Source: Eledone cirrhosa (taxonomy: Eukaryota). From it: a DNA stretch of 64,000 nt. The notes under the pieces were generated by a model, which was not told the DNA's origin, did no database searches, and worked only from the letters and a program-made list of their open reading frames with translations. The stretch spans positions 91,388,001-91,452,000 of the forward strand of contig OZ024747.1 of assembly GCA_964016885.1 (NCBI GenBank), written 5' to 3'. Shown here one piece after another: positions 1-12,570 of the stretch. The stretch's first letter is position 1. Every line of letters starts with the position of its first letter. Both the position numbers and the translations under genes were made by a program.

Positions 1-276
1 TCTATAAAAAAATTTCCATTTATTTAGAAAAAAAAATAGAATCGATATTTAATGAAACGTGTAGCGGTCATATAGAGAATTAGGATGAAAGTTAAGTATT
101 ACAGCTTAAAATAAATGTGGGTCACATCTCCGACTTTATTTAACTATATTATAGCCTTTGCAACTAGTAAAATATGCGCTAAAAATTTCAATCTTAGAAC
201 ACGCTCATTATTTACATACTAACATTCTCACTGAAAGATATGAGCTTCAAATTAAGGGAAAGTAGTGGCTGGATTT

Positions 277-345
277 CCCTTGGTGTAGTGGTAACATGGT
301 TGTCTGGCGTACAGTAGTTGTGTGGTTAGGATTCACACAGGCGAT
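277..345 (+). pseudogene. Degenerate tRNA-like sequence (tRNA pseudogene or old SINE head)
   Basis: Starts TCCCTTGGTGTAGTGGTAACATG (A-box-like TGGTGTAGTGG); B-box region GGTTAGGATTC is decayed; cloverleaf does not close. Confidence 0.4.
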
Positions 346-852
346 TCTGTTTTTCCTCATCTTTAGGAGTTATATCCTCGATTTATCCAAACCTATTACC
401 ATCTCTATATACCCATAGTTATGTGTCATTAAGATTGTATTCGAATATGGATAAAGGCTAGCGATGCCGACCTATTCTTGGCATCCAGGTAGAATGAATG
501 AATATTGCGGTTAAAAGGATATTCTATGTACTATTAAAATGACAATGGTTATTATAAATGGCTGCAATCCAACGACTGAAACTAGTAGAAGACTAAGAGA
601 ATAGTGAATATGGAGAAGGAGAGAGAGATAGATAGTTTATATATCGACCAAAGAATGTACGGAAATATTAACCTCGACATATATGCAAACATACACAAAG
701 GTTAATGTTAGAGAATTAGTTTTTCCGAGTTACTAATAAACATATTAAACTAAGTATTTATAATCATATTAGGAAACTAAAATACGGTAGTTGTTACTGA
801 AAATCAATCAAATGGATGTCCGAATGTCACCTGGCTTCATTATTCTGGAATT

Positions 853-1073
853 GTGGTGGGTTGGCAATATCGGTATTACTTCAGACATCCTACTCTGTAG
901 CATAGGGTTGTGGCCCTTTACGTTCTGAGTTCAAATCTCGCCGAGGTGAGCTTTGCCTTTCATCCTTAGGGGGTCGATAAAATAAAGCATCAGTAATGCA
1001 CTTGGGTCGATTTAATCGACTTTTCCCTCCCCCTTCACATAGCTAGCCCTGTGCCTAAAGTAGAATTAATTAT
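853..1073 (+). mobile_element. tRNA-derived SINE family A, long variant
   Basis: A-box-like TGGCAATATCGG, B-box GAGTTCAAATCT, core CTTTGCCTTTCATCC..GGGGTCGATAAAATAAAG, internal GTCGATTTAATCGAC palindrome, tail TGTGCCTAAAGTAGAA. Confidence 0.85.
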
Positions 1074-1501
1074 TCTGTAATGCACCTATGAAAATTGACT
1101 AAAACTGCACGTTTGTCTTTTCTGACACATTCAATGCGGGTATAAAATGATAAATTCGAATTTCTTAAGGCATACATCCAGAGAGAGATCCTAAATATTT
1201 TAAAGCAATAAAGATCAAGAAATTCAATAAGAATTTACTAAGACTTATATAGAAACGAAACTACCTTGAGAAATCCGAGGGAGTGATATAAAACACTAGA
1301 AATATTTCAGTTCTTACATATTTACTGAAGACAGGAAACGTTACTAATGAAATATTGTTAATAAAATAAGAGTATCGCATGAATATACTATCAGAAAATA
1401 GTATTCGAAACACATTCTTTCTCTAACATAAAACTTCTGCTTTCCTTCAACATCATATACAAAGTGCACCACGAAACACACCATCAACATGCGCACGCAC
1501 G

Positions 1502-1770
1502 CACTTCGAGGAGGGTAAACTCTCAAAATATAGGTCGCTCTCCGACAGGTTTACGGTCGAGCCCGTAGCAGTGGAGACTTCTGGTGCTCTTGGCTCAAGG
1601 ACCACCTCCCTACTCACCACCATCGGCACGGTGTTGGCTACCCGCAGGTATGAACCTCGTGAGTTGGAATGGCTCTTCCAACGTGTCTCCCTCACCATCC
1701 TCCAGGGAAACAACTTCTCTATGCTCTCCGCCGGGGCCACGGGGCCGTCAGCTCATGGATCCCCGTTTCT
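1502..1770 (+). mobile_element. 3' fragment of an RLE-type (CRE-like) non-LTR retrotransposon ORF
   Basis: Translates EEGKLSKYRSLSDRFTVEPVAVETSGALG...EPRELEWLFQRVSLTILQGN, matching the recalled K..KY..L...F.PVAVET.G..G...FQR.S....GN C-terminus of CRE-like endonucleases; GC-rich island. Confidence 0.7.
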
Positions 1771-4700
1771 GTATAATAGTGAGAGATGGGGAAAGCGAGA
1801 GAGGCGGAGGCAGTGAGTGAAAGAGCGAGAAATATCAACACACGCAAGCACATATACAGGTCATACAATTGCTGTCAAAACTTTCGTCACCTAAAGATGA
1901 AGAGAAGAAATGTGGACATTGAAATTTACGTCTTTCTCGATTATAAGAATAAATTTGTCACAGCGATAATGTTTTGAAATATGTTTAGGATAAAAATCAT
2001 AATTGCAATAACAGTTATATATTAATATTAAAAAGTAATTACAACCTAGCGAATTAACATTGAACAATAATTTAATTAAAACAAAATGCAATTTAACATG
2101 ACGATCATTCAGTGCAGTACAATACTATAATCATTTGCGTATAATCTGTATGTATACAGATAATACAATAGTATGCATTTACAAGTGACAAGTTATGTAT
2201 AATGTTTTCTGATTTAGGCACAAAGCCAACAATTCATCGTAAGGATGAAAGGCAATGTTAATCGCGGTGGGAATTTGAACTCAGAACGTACAGGAACGTA
2301 ACTATATACCACAAAACACTTTTCTAAAGATAATATAGTGCGACTTGCGTAAATGCTTATTTTCCCCACAACGGTATCAACAATTTCAAAAACAATCGAA
2401 AGTCAAAGCTTAAAGCAAAAAAACAAATCTTGTATAATAGAGTTGTCAGGGAAATGAAACATTTAAAATACATTCATTTTGTATTTTTTTACATAACATT
2501 ATGAATCAGATATCTTTCCATATTCGGATAACTGACCACATTCAGAAAGCCAACTAGCAACGTGATAATGTACAAAAGAAGATATTAATTCTCGAACTAA
2601 TATATCATACCATAAACACAATTTTCTTATCCCGAAGAATTTGCTTGTCCATTTAGAATTCTACAATGTATAAGAAAAACAACAAACACAATTGATAACA
2701 TATATTAATTATGACCGTAAATAGCTAAATGCTCACATAATTACAATATACAGATGATATCCGTTAGCGTAAATACATCATATATTTCATTGAATAGATC
2801 TGTATAATATATAATACGTCTACAACTATAGACTAATCAGTGATATAAAATCATTCTTTAATATAGTTTTCATTGCTATCGTTATTTAAATATTTTCTGA
2901 AAATAACTGCTGATTGGATGTCAATCTACTGGGTGTTGAGATTTATACGGCCAAGTGTAAATAAATTCTTTATTTGTACGGCCGCAGATAAATGAACGAA
3001 ATGCAAGCACTCTGCATAAATTCCTATTTTCTTGTCAACAAAATCTGTCGTTAATCTCTTACTTGATTCTATTTTAGACACACAAATGTAATTACCAATT
3101 TCTTCGTGAATACATGAACTACTTTTGAAAAGTAAATTAAATATCATTAAAGTTTCTTCCTGTTTCAATGTTGACGCAGAATAACGGTGTACTTCTTATA
3201 CTTGAACGTTATTTATCATTTTAGAAATACTTTTTTTTACAATTTTAACTACATACTCTATTCCTCTTTGTTTTTCTCAAGTGACTTTAACAGCTTAAAT
3301 ACTACTATGAACGAAGGGCATAGCACATTTTAACGGAAAATGTAAGCATGGAAACTCCTGTCTCAAATGTCTTAGCTTCTTTTAAGTTCAAAAACATATA
3401 TATACTGCCATTGGGGGTTAAAATATAAAATGGGCGGTTAACTGATAAACAGTTTGACATTAGAGTATGGTAAAACATTATTGATAAATACTTGCATCAC
3501 CATTCCAAAATACAATTTATATCCTTTAACATCAATGATTTAAATTTGTAAATCATAATGAGGAGTGTGCGTATGGATTTGAACTTGTAGTCAAACTATT
3601 TTTATGCTACAAACTTAGTTTGGTTTGACCGGACAGCAACATTGAATTTTCTATACCTGTCGCATAATACAGTTCAATGGATTGTCTAATAGAGAAGAAA
3701 TAAACTTGCGGTTACTCAGTTGAAAACACAATAACATAGGCTCCTATTTCTTACGACGCTTCACTGAAACTAGTATTACAAAATATGCTTGCCTCTTTCT
3801 TATTCTTATTGAAAATATATTATATATCATATCTTGACATTTTATTTCTATCGTGGAATGTACTGACATAAATGTGACTATTACTTAAGTAAGCATAACT
3901 CCGAGATTTTTAAGGAGATGGAAAATAGAATCTGTGCTATCTATGGCATTTCCAAAAGTATTGGTGATACATGTGAAGTGAATCAGATCGAACGTAGAAT
4001 AAAAAGTATGTCACAAACAAGATTTGCTACACTTAGTCTCTTGTCGCCATTGATATAATTAAGAATTATTGGAAGAATTAGTAGGCGGAATATCCCAATA
4101 TATTTTAATCTAGTCTTTACTATCTCATTGATCTAATCCCCTGGTAGAATACCTTCACTTATATTAATTAAAGAACATTACAGATCAAAATGAACGTTTT
4201 CGTATAATCTTTAATTAAATACGAGTTTCTTTATAAAAAAATTACTCCTTTTTCATTTAGATATTTTGTTTACTTGCTCTAAAAGTAAATACAAATATCA
4301 ATCAGATTATATTTTCTAAAATAAAAAGAGTATGATTATGAAGGAAATGTTTGCTGATTCTGTAATCAGCTCTAGCAGAAAGGCAGACAAAGTTTTTGAT
4401 AATATCATTGTAATCAGACATGTAAAAATGTCCGATATTTTTTTAATGAACCAATTTGCTGAACTACATTAGTAATCATATTCCGCAACGGGGATAATAA
4501 TAACACGCCATCTAGACATCTTTCTAAAGCTACACTCTTAAAATAACACCCATAAATTCATCCAACCTGCATATGGGACTATTATTAAAGATGGCCGAGA
4601 GCAAGAAGGGATGTATTCAAAAATGTGTTATGGAGTCTATGAATACGAGCTAATAATATACATGATCGTATTCAAATCTATCTTCTGGTTCTTAAAATGA

Positions 4701-5687
4701 AGGATGAAAGATGAAGCCAAATTCAGATCTTACTTCTCTCACCTTCCATTTGTTTTGTTTCGGTAACAGCAAGACTACTAATACAACAGTGTCAATTCAA
4801 TCTCGTTCCGAAAATTGATCTAATGTGTAGTAAAAACCTAACACATCTCCAGCAAATTGGAGACGGCAACTAATACAAAATTAAAGCTGAAATAGATATT
4901 TCAGCTTTCATAATTTTCAAAGTTACGGCTAAAAATTTTATGTAATTATTTCATTCCCAATTAACCAACTAACTTCTGCTACTATGTTGTGGAATATACT
5001 TATATATACGGATCTTCATTGTTTCTCATCTGGAAAAAGATCATGGAAGTCTTCTTCATGAACGTAAGAACGTTAGCACATGTATATTAAAGTCACACTC
5101 TGTATAAAATTGTCGAACCAATTGTGTGACGTTTGTTGATTGCACCGATTTAGAGCAATAAACACACACACACGCACGCACGCAATTGCAAACGATTAAA
5201 AAAACTAAACAATGCGGATAAAGAATTAAAACGTATTATTTTATACAAAATTTTCAATCTAAAGATACTTTCAACAGTACATATAAGATCTGTTCCCTTT
5301 TTTTTTTTCATGCTAGGAATTGTTTAACATTGATTAACGGTCGAAGTCTGAAAACGCATAGGTTTTTAATTGAAGTCATTCTAAAAATTACTAGAAGTTG
5401 AAGGAATAGATTATACATTTTTCCTTTCTTCTCCTAAGTGTGAGATTTCAGTCATTGAAATGTAGTGACTGTACATCAGAAAAGCGTTGACTAACGTTCG
5501 AAAAAACCTTTGTTCAAGCGAAATCTTTAGTAGATATTTTCCTTCTAAGGTGAATTATGAAACGGACAGCAATAGGGCTAATGAGTAAGGCTCACGGGCC
5601 AAACGTCCAAGCACATTCAATGAAGAAATAGCGTTCCTATATATGTTTATGTAACTATATGTTTTTCCTCTTTCTTTTCTTTTCCTA

Positions 5688-5864
5688 ATAATTGTTTCTA
5701 CTTTTGGCATAAGACCAGCAATTAGTGTATTACTGGTGCTTTATTTTATAGACCCCGTAAGGATGAAAGGCAAAGTTAACTTCGGCGGAATTTGAACTCA
5801 GAATGGAACTTTATGCATCAAAGAATGGCGTCCGACCTTCTACCGATACTGCCAATCCACCACC
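5688..5864 (-). mobile_element. SINE family A copy
   Basis: Reverse complement of the family A head, core and tail. Confidence 0.85.
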
Positions 5865-5902
5865 CCTTTTCTTTTCCTAATAATAATCTTTCAAAGGTTG
5901 GC

Positions 5903-5966
<64 letters not shown>

Positions 5967-7167
5967 TAAACTTTGTGTGAGAGAATCTATCATTTTGAAA
6001 CTGAAACTGGTATACGAAACCGACTTCAAGAACTGTCTTTTGACAGAGGAGAAAGTAATGACTATTCTCAATTAATACGTGGGTGATATTATGTACATGA
6101 ATGAAAAAGTGAGAGAGTGGCAGTATACAAGTAGAAAATCTACTAGAGAAAGGGCTAGCGACGGTGTTATTATAAATGATTTGTAAGTACAGAAAAAGGA
6201 AAGTGGCTGGGAAGTGAGGGTGTGGTTTACTATGTCTGATTTACACAATTTATAGCTTTTTAAAGTCATTATATGATTTTTATGACAATCTTAAAGTTAT
6301 AGGCATAATAAAAGAGAATGACTAATACTCTGTTTGTTCTAGCTAGATTATGTGTCGATTTTTATTCACCTATTATAAATGTTTTTGACCTCAAGCTTCA
6401 TGATCTTAGATTTCATGGTTTCGGTAAATTAAACTTAAGTGCTTTTCAATTATGTAGGTTTTGCACTAGAAACAAATTTCTTCTTCGTGGATTCCATTTA
6501 CTGAAAACTACAGAAAAAGTCAGTGGGACTATATAAGTGATGTTTAATTAATTATGAGATGCCAATACAACTTAAATCATAAGATTTTCCTTTCCATAAA
6601 TTGCATGCTAAACTTAAAATGATAAACCAGCCGCAGACATTTTGTTTTAATTATCCTTGGAAAGAAAAAAAGGTAAAAAAATTAGAAACTGTCTGATGCA
6701 TTAAAGGAAAGTAACTAAGCATTTTTTTTTATCAGAAGAATTTCAACGTTGAATTAACATTTAAGATGGTTTGACATAAACGAAAGTTAGAATGAGTTTC
6801 TAGAAGTCTAGAAAGAAATAATACCTATTACAGAAATATAAAGAAAAATAACTAATGTTGAATCATAAGAAATATTATCGATCTTCCAAGTTAGATAGAG
6901 GTGAAGCAAATAAGAATTTTAAACAAATAAAAAGTGGTTCTAATTCTGGATCTGCCAGACTTGGATGAAGGAATACAGTGTTTTTTTTTTGCAACAAATA
7001 ATATTCTATGCAGGTAATGATTATTATAATATTTGGAAAAAAATGAAAACTAGATTTGTAACGAAGCTAACTTTTATAATTCATTACGTTTTCAGATTTA
7101 AGATTTAGCAACACACATGATAATAGTGTATGTACTGGGTAATTGCTGGCCTTGTGCCAAAAGTAGA

Positions 7168-7251
<84 letters not shown>

Positions 7252-7410
7252 TAAAGAGTATATACATATAAACTAGACAAAGTCATATATATATATATGT
7301 TTTTGGCAACCATTGACGGTGTGGCTCAATGACGAATTAATTAAATAATTAATAATCAGGGCAATATATAAAAAGTAAGTCCATAAAATCATTAGATAAA
7401 ATATATACAG

Positions 7411-7442
<32 letters not shown>

Positions 7443-7446
<4 letters not shown>

Positions 7447-7612
7447 ATAAATCTGAAGACTAAAATCTGGTAAAACCAGTGATTCTGTGCTTAAACTTTC
7501 TGTTCTTATAATAAATATTTGCTCTACCAGTTTTTATATATATTTATATGTATATAATCCTTATCGAGCCCTCTTCGGATTTTAATCTTCACATTTATCA
7601 TTATTACTATAT
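7443..7612. mobile_element. PLE pseudo-LTR fragment with inverted ends, between TA tracts
   Basis: GTAATAAATCTGAAGACTAAAATC ... GATTTTAATCTTCACATTTATCATTATTAC; same family at 17925-18085, 58925-59148 and 62375-62480. Confidence 0.6.
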
Positions 7613-8162
7613 ACTAGGAGAAAATCCATCCTTCGCGTGGTTTTCTGCTAGCATGTGTGGTGTGCATATTGATATTTTACGCAAGTAGATATGATACATC
7701 AAATAAAATCGTAATTGACAATATCCACAGAAATTGAACGAAGACTGCGTTACACTGTCTTATGTAGTCAGTAACATAATCCATGATACATTAAAAAAAG
7801 ACGATATTATATATAAACTGCATTAGGAGAAAATTAGTGACAGAAATACATGAATGTTTATTTAAGCGATCGCTAACCGGAAATGTTGACATTTGAACAT
7901 TTTAAAGAAGTGAATCTTAAAATAAACAACAAATTTATTTATATTTAATCAAGAATAACGAAATTTAGTAGATAAATTATGTAATAGTCATTCATTTCGA
8001 TAAAATAAAGTACCAGTAATGTACTGGGTAATTGCTGGCCTTCTTCCTAAAGTAGAAACAATTATTTATTCAAAGTAATCCAACTTATTTTACAAACAGG
8101 AAAAAGAAATATTATGGACGCAGTCCTGCACTCCTTACTTTATTATAATTTATATATATAAT

Positions 8163-8496
8163 GAAAATAGTCAGGACCCCGATGGTAGGGCTCAAGCCGT
8201 TTCGACGGCTATTTCTGGACTCCAGAAATAACCGTCGAAACGGCTTGAGCTCTGCCGTCGGTCTCCTGACTATTTTCCTATTACCCACTCTACTACCCAA
8301 AGTATCGAGTACTCTGGTGCGTTATGGTCCACCTGGTTCCTTACCACACTTCCTTCGTTATATATATATATATATATATATATAACGAAGGAAATGTGGT
8401 AAGGAACCAGATGGACCATGACGCACCAAAGTACTCAATACTTAGGGTAGTAGAGTGGGTAATAGGAACGAGTAGGACCCCGGGGTCCTACTCGTT

Positions 8497-8500
<4 letters not shown>
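8163..8500. repeat. Nested fold-back palindromes of a pLTR-like element carrying the 3' half of a hammerhead
   Basis: Three inversions, centred near 8220 (stem II loop), on the (TA)n near 8370, and on CCCCGGGG near 8480; contains GAAACGGCTTGAGCTCTGCCGTC. Confidence 0.8.
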
Positions 8501-8556
<56 letters not shown>

Positions 8557-8644
8557 ATATATATACTAGCCGGGAGCTTTCAACAGTAATGGTTGCATCT
8601 TTTAAGGGTATGTCAATATTTATTTATAAAACTGATCTATATTA

Positions 8645-8709
8645 TATTTTATCTGATGAAAGCACACCATAATTTAACTTGGTGTCCTTGAAATATGTAT
8701 AATGAAATA
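8645..8709 (+). ncRNA. Type I hammerhead ribozyme (PLE-type)
   Basis: TATTTTAT CTGATGA AAGCACACCA..TGGTGTCCTT GAAA TATGTA TA ATGAAATA: 8-bp stem I with one GU pair, core intact; paralog at 63134. Confidence 0.75.
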
Positions 8710-8749
8710 AATATGGTTTTATAAATATAGTTTCCATTTGTTAATATCG

Positions 8750-8780
<31 letters not shown>

Positions 8781-8996
8781 GGATTCCTGGTGGATACCGG
8801 GATGTGATTACAGTTAAAAAGAGTGCTCAATACATTAGTAGGTTAGGTTATAAGCATATATTTTATGAATTTACGAAACTAGCTCTATTCCATTCGTAAG
8901 AAATCATGAAGGAAGTCCTGTGAGTTTTTACGAATAAAAATAGTTCTAGTCATGTAGAAGTCATTATAATATCAAAAATAATAATATATGTCTCTC

Positions 8997-9109
<113 letters not shown>

Positions 9110-10719
9110 AAAAGCAGGTCCAAAAGCTGTTTAATTCAACTCCTTGATTTAGACGGTAAAATCTTGTTAGAAATCCTTTAGCACAATGATGTGAGCACTC
9201 AGCGCTTATCTGGGTGATACGTTGTTCGATTTTCCATAGCGACCATTATCAATATTTTTCCCTTTTTTAACGTCTTTACCCCATTTTTATAAACCATATT
9301 ATAACAAACGGCTGTAATTGCAGATACTTTCTACGCTTGAGCACTCTACATTTTCTTAGAACATGGGTGGGGAGTGAAAAAGAACGAGACACAGATAGTT
9401 GACTACTGCTGATATATACAAGTTGTGCTTTTATTTGTAAATGGCGAAAACACTGAAAGGATCTTTTAAGGATCTCGCCAATATTTTGTTACTGTAACAA
9501 CATTGCAATCCTAATTAGGAAATAATAATTTAGTTTGTTTATTCGACATAATTACTGAACCGGTAACCTCGGTTTTATTCAGAGATTTTACTTATATCAA
9601 CTTCAATCTTTATCAAATAAGTAAATGAACTATTTTGTCATTTTTATTTTTGGTTTATAGGTTGTACTTGGGGTACAAAACTAATAGTGATAGTTCTCAT
9701 CTAGAAATGATACCTAGACAAGACCATATATCTTCTAACGTATAAATGAATATTTTCTGCCAACGTGATCCACTAAGGACTGTTTCTGCAAACGAAAAAA
9801 GGTGTTGTTGAATGATTTATGATCGCAATAATAACATGAACATCGTAACAGTTGATGTATTTATGATTTAGAACAAGCCTTACTGAAAGCTATCATACTT
9901 TTATAAGAGGTTCAAGTTGATTCGTTCAAATTACTTTTCTCGTTTTCTTTTTTCATTACTTCTCAATATTGCATTGTTGTTCTACTTTAGAACGACGTAC
10001 ATATAAATCTATCAAATTACTTACTGACCTATATTCCTTAAAATCTTTAGCTTAATTTCAAATATCGAAGTCTTTCCGATATTCATTATAGTTTTAAGGA
10101 TATATTTTGACCTAACAATAAAACAATTGAAAAAAATCTTATAGTTGCTTATTCTAACAGTTTTCTTGTCTTGTCAAAATGGATCGCTTCAAGCCTCTCA
10201 TCTACATAACGCAAAGTTTTAGATATCGGCCATCATATTTTTTAGTTGATGCTGATATATATAGTTTTCTAGAGCTTTCTTTTTAACATATTCCTTCTTT
10301 CAGAGGCTCATTCCTATATTTTAGCATATTAACATCTGCTTCAGCTAAAGTAATTCTGCTATTATAGATACTAAATTATTTAGTATCTCCCATAAATTAT
10401 TTAAATGACCCATTATTCAAATTCTACTCTACACACCATATTTGACTCAACCTTTTGTAATTAAAATAAAGAAATACATAATTTATTGAAATATCTAAAA
10501 CAGTTGTCACCAGGGTGATTCAAAATGATGTTTGTCAAGAGCTTCAAATTATGATTTTATAAAAAAGCAAATAATAAAATATTTAGATATATTCAATATA
10601 GTTAATTTAAGTGCCTCATAACAGATTATGTGCATGGCTAAATGTTTAACACAGTTCTGGGTTCAATCTTGCATTTTTTTTTCTGCAATAATCTCGAGTT
10701 CTCAGCAGCTGAAGAGCAT

Positions 10720-10760
10720 GTCAGGCACGTGTTTCAAGAGCTTTATCCGTCGTCAGTGAC
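10720..10760 (-). ncRNA. Degenerate type I hammerhead
   Basis: Minus strand GTCA CTGACGA ... GAAA CACGTG CC TGAC: palindromic stem III, U16.1 mutated to C, weak stem II. Confidence 0.45.
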
Positions 10761-10899
10761 GTTTACTTGCTCCGCACTAAGACAAGAATTAGCTAAACGT
10801 TATATGCGTTTTAAGCATTAAACATCATCTGGAGACGCTTATTTGCATATAGTGCAAACACATAGGCAGGTGGTGGTGATTTAAATAAAGTGTGAACCT

Positions 10900-11095
10900 G
10901 ACTTGCTAGGATTGACCCCGTGCAAAGCCTTTGCTCACTTAAAAAAGCTTCAAGCACAGGTATCGCTTGATATGTGACATTCCTTGCGATGCATGGTATT
11001 GCTGGCCATAGGCAAGTCCCTAGCAGGACTAAAAAGCCAGGAATCAAGCGATGGCATTACTCGAAATCAAGTTGCAGCCGTCATGTATGTATGTA
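10900..11095 (+). mobile_element. Diverged 3' fragment of the RTE-derived element
   Basis: Similar to 50265-50565 (GCCTTTGCTCAC..AAAGCTTCA.GCACAGG; GGACTAAAAAG; CTCGAAA..AGTTG.CAGCC), followed by a TATG tail. Confidence 0.6.
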
Positions 11096-11107
11096 CACGC
11101 CCATGCA

Positions 11108-11160
<53 letters not shown>

Positions 11161-11566
11161 AGGAAAGGAAAGGACGTGTATTATATACATCACATTTCTG
11201 TACAGGAAAACGTAAGCAAATATTTTTATGTGAGTTGCTATATAGTAAATATATGTATTTATGTGACTCTGTATATAGGTGTGTAACTCTATAAAGTGGT
11301 CCGCAGCCATAAAAAATACCGAGTAGTATTTGTCTGTTTTTCAATCCGTCACTCCCCTTTTTTCTATCATTTGATTTTTGCATGATGATTGACATGTTTA
11401 GTCTCAGTGTTTCCATTTCTCTGAGATAATCTCGCTGCCTCTCAATCTTTCCTTCTTCCTCCATCTCCTCTGTACAAACAAGTATATCCATCTATTAGTG
11501 TTTTTATAAATTTCACTATTCCTACACACACACACATACGCCCACACATTCATATATTCTATGTAC

Positions 11567-11615
<49 letters not shown>

Positions 11616-11744
11616 ATGTATATATATATAGAGAGAGAGAGAGGGAGAGAGACGGCAACATGAATGAACCTTTTATTTTTCTCTAAAAACCTTTTTCCAA
11701 TTTCACCCCGCCCGTCCCTTGAATCTATTTAATTTCTCATTCTT

Positions 11745-11780
11745 TCTTCTGATGAAGGACTAGCGTCCGAAAGGTTGACC
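11745..11780 (+). ncRNA. Minimal hammerhead in a pLTR-like repeat, stem III mutated
   Basis: TCTT CTGATGA A GGAC TAGC GTCC GAAA GGTT; paralog of 18529. Further decayed copies at about 12320 (+) and 19255-19280 (-). Confidence 0.55.
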
Positions 11781-11860
11781 CTCTTCCTGCTATTTCAAGC
11801 GTTAACCTAATATATTCGTTCCATATACTGTACCGATTGTGTTATTTCTGATTACCTTTT

Positions 11861-11932
<72 letters not shown>

Positions 11933-11987
11933 TCTGTCCAAATCTCCTTGCCAAGTTTATCGAGATTTTTCCCTGGTACCAGATATA

Positions 11988-12023
<36 letters not shown>

Positions 12024-12442
12024 CGTTTTTTAATTTGTTTTGCGAGATTTCTTATCTGAAAACGTGTGTTAAAACAGATATTGTTATACTTTGGGAGGTT
12101 CATGTTATCGAACCAACCAACCGGAAATTTATAATAAATTGAAGTGAAAACCAAGTTGCGTGTTTGTATTGGCAACATGGCCCTCCCAAATTATAACAAT
12201 ATATATGCATTTATGAATATGGATGATTGAAACAAGCAAGGTTTTTTTCCCAAACAATGTTTCCGTCCTTCTTCTTCTCCTTCTCTATCATTCTATTATT
12301 TTATTTCGCATTCTATCTACTAATGAAGGAGTAGGGCCCAAAACGTTAAGACATTTTCCATACTATCAAGCGTTAAGCTAATGTATTTCATCATCGAACT
12401 GTATTGTTTGCTTAGTTATTTCCGTTTATTTTTCACACACAT

Positions 12443-12570
<128 letters not shown>

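Noticed and set aside
1321-1348. CTGAAGA CAG GAAACGTT
   Set aside because: No stem II and no good stem I; may be chance.
3903-4058. Peptide RIKSMSQTRFATLSLLS, faintly like a hAT dimerisation motif
   Set aside because: Too short; no upstream motifs or TIRs.
5575-5610. CTAATGA..GGCTCACGGGCC AAACGTC hammerhead-like string
   Set aside because: Core has two defects and there is no convincing stem I.
7612-7650. TACTAG..CCTTCGC start resembling a Helitron-type end
   Set aside because: No matching 3' hairpin or terminus found.
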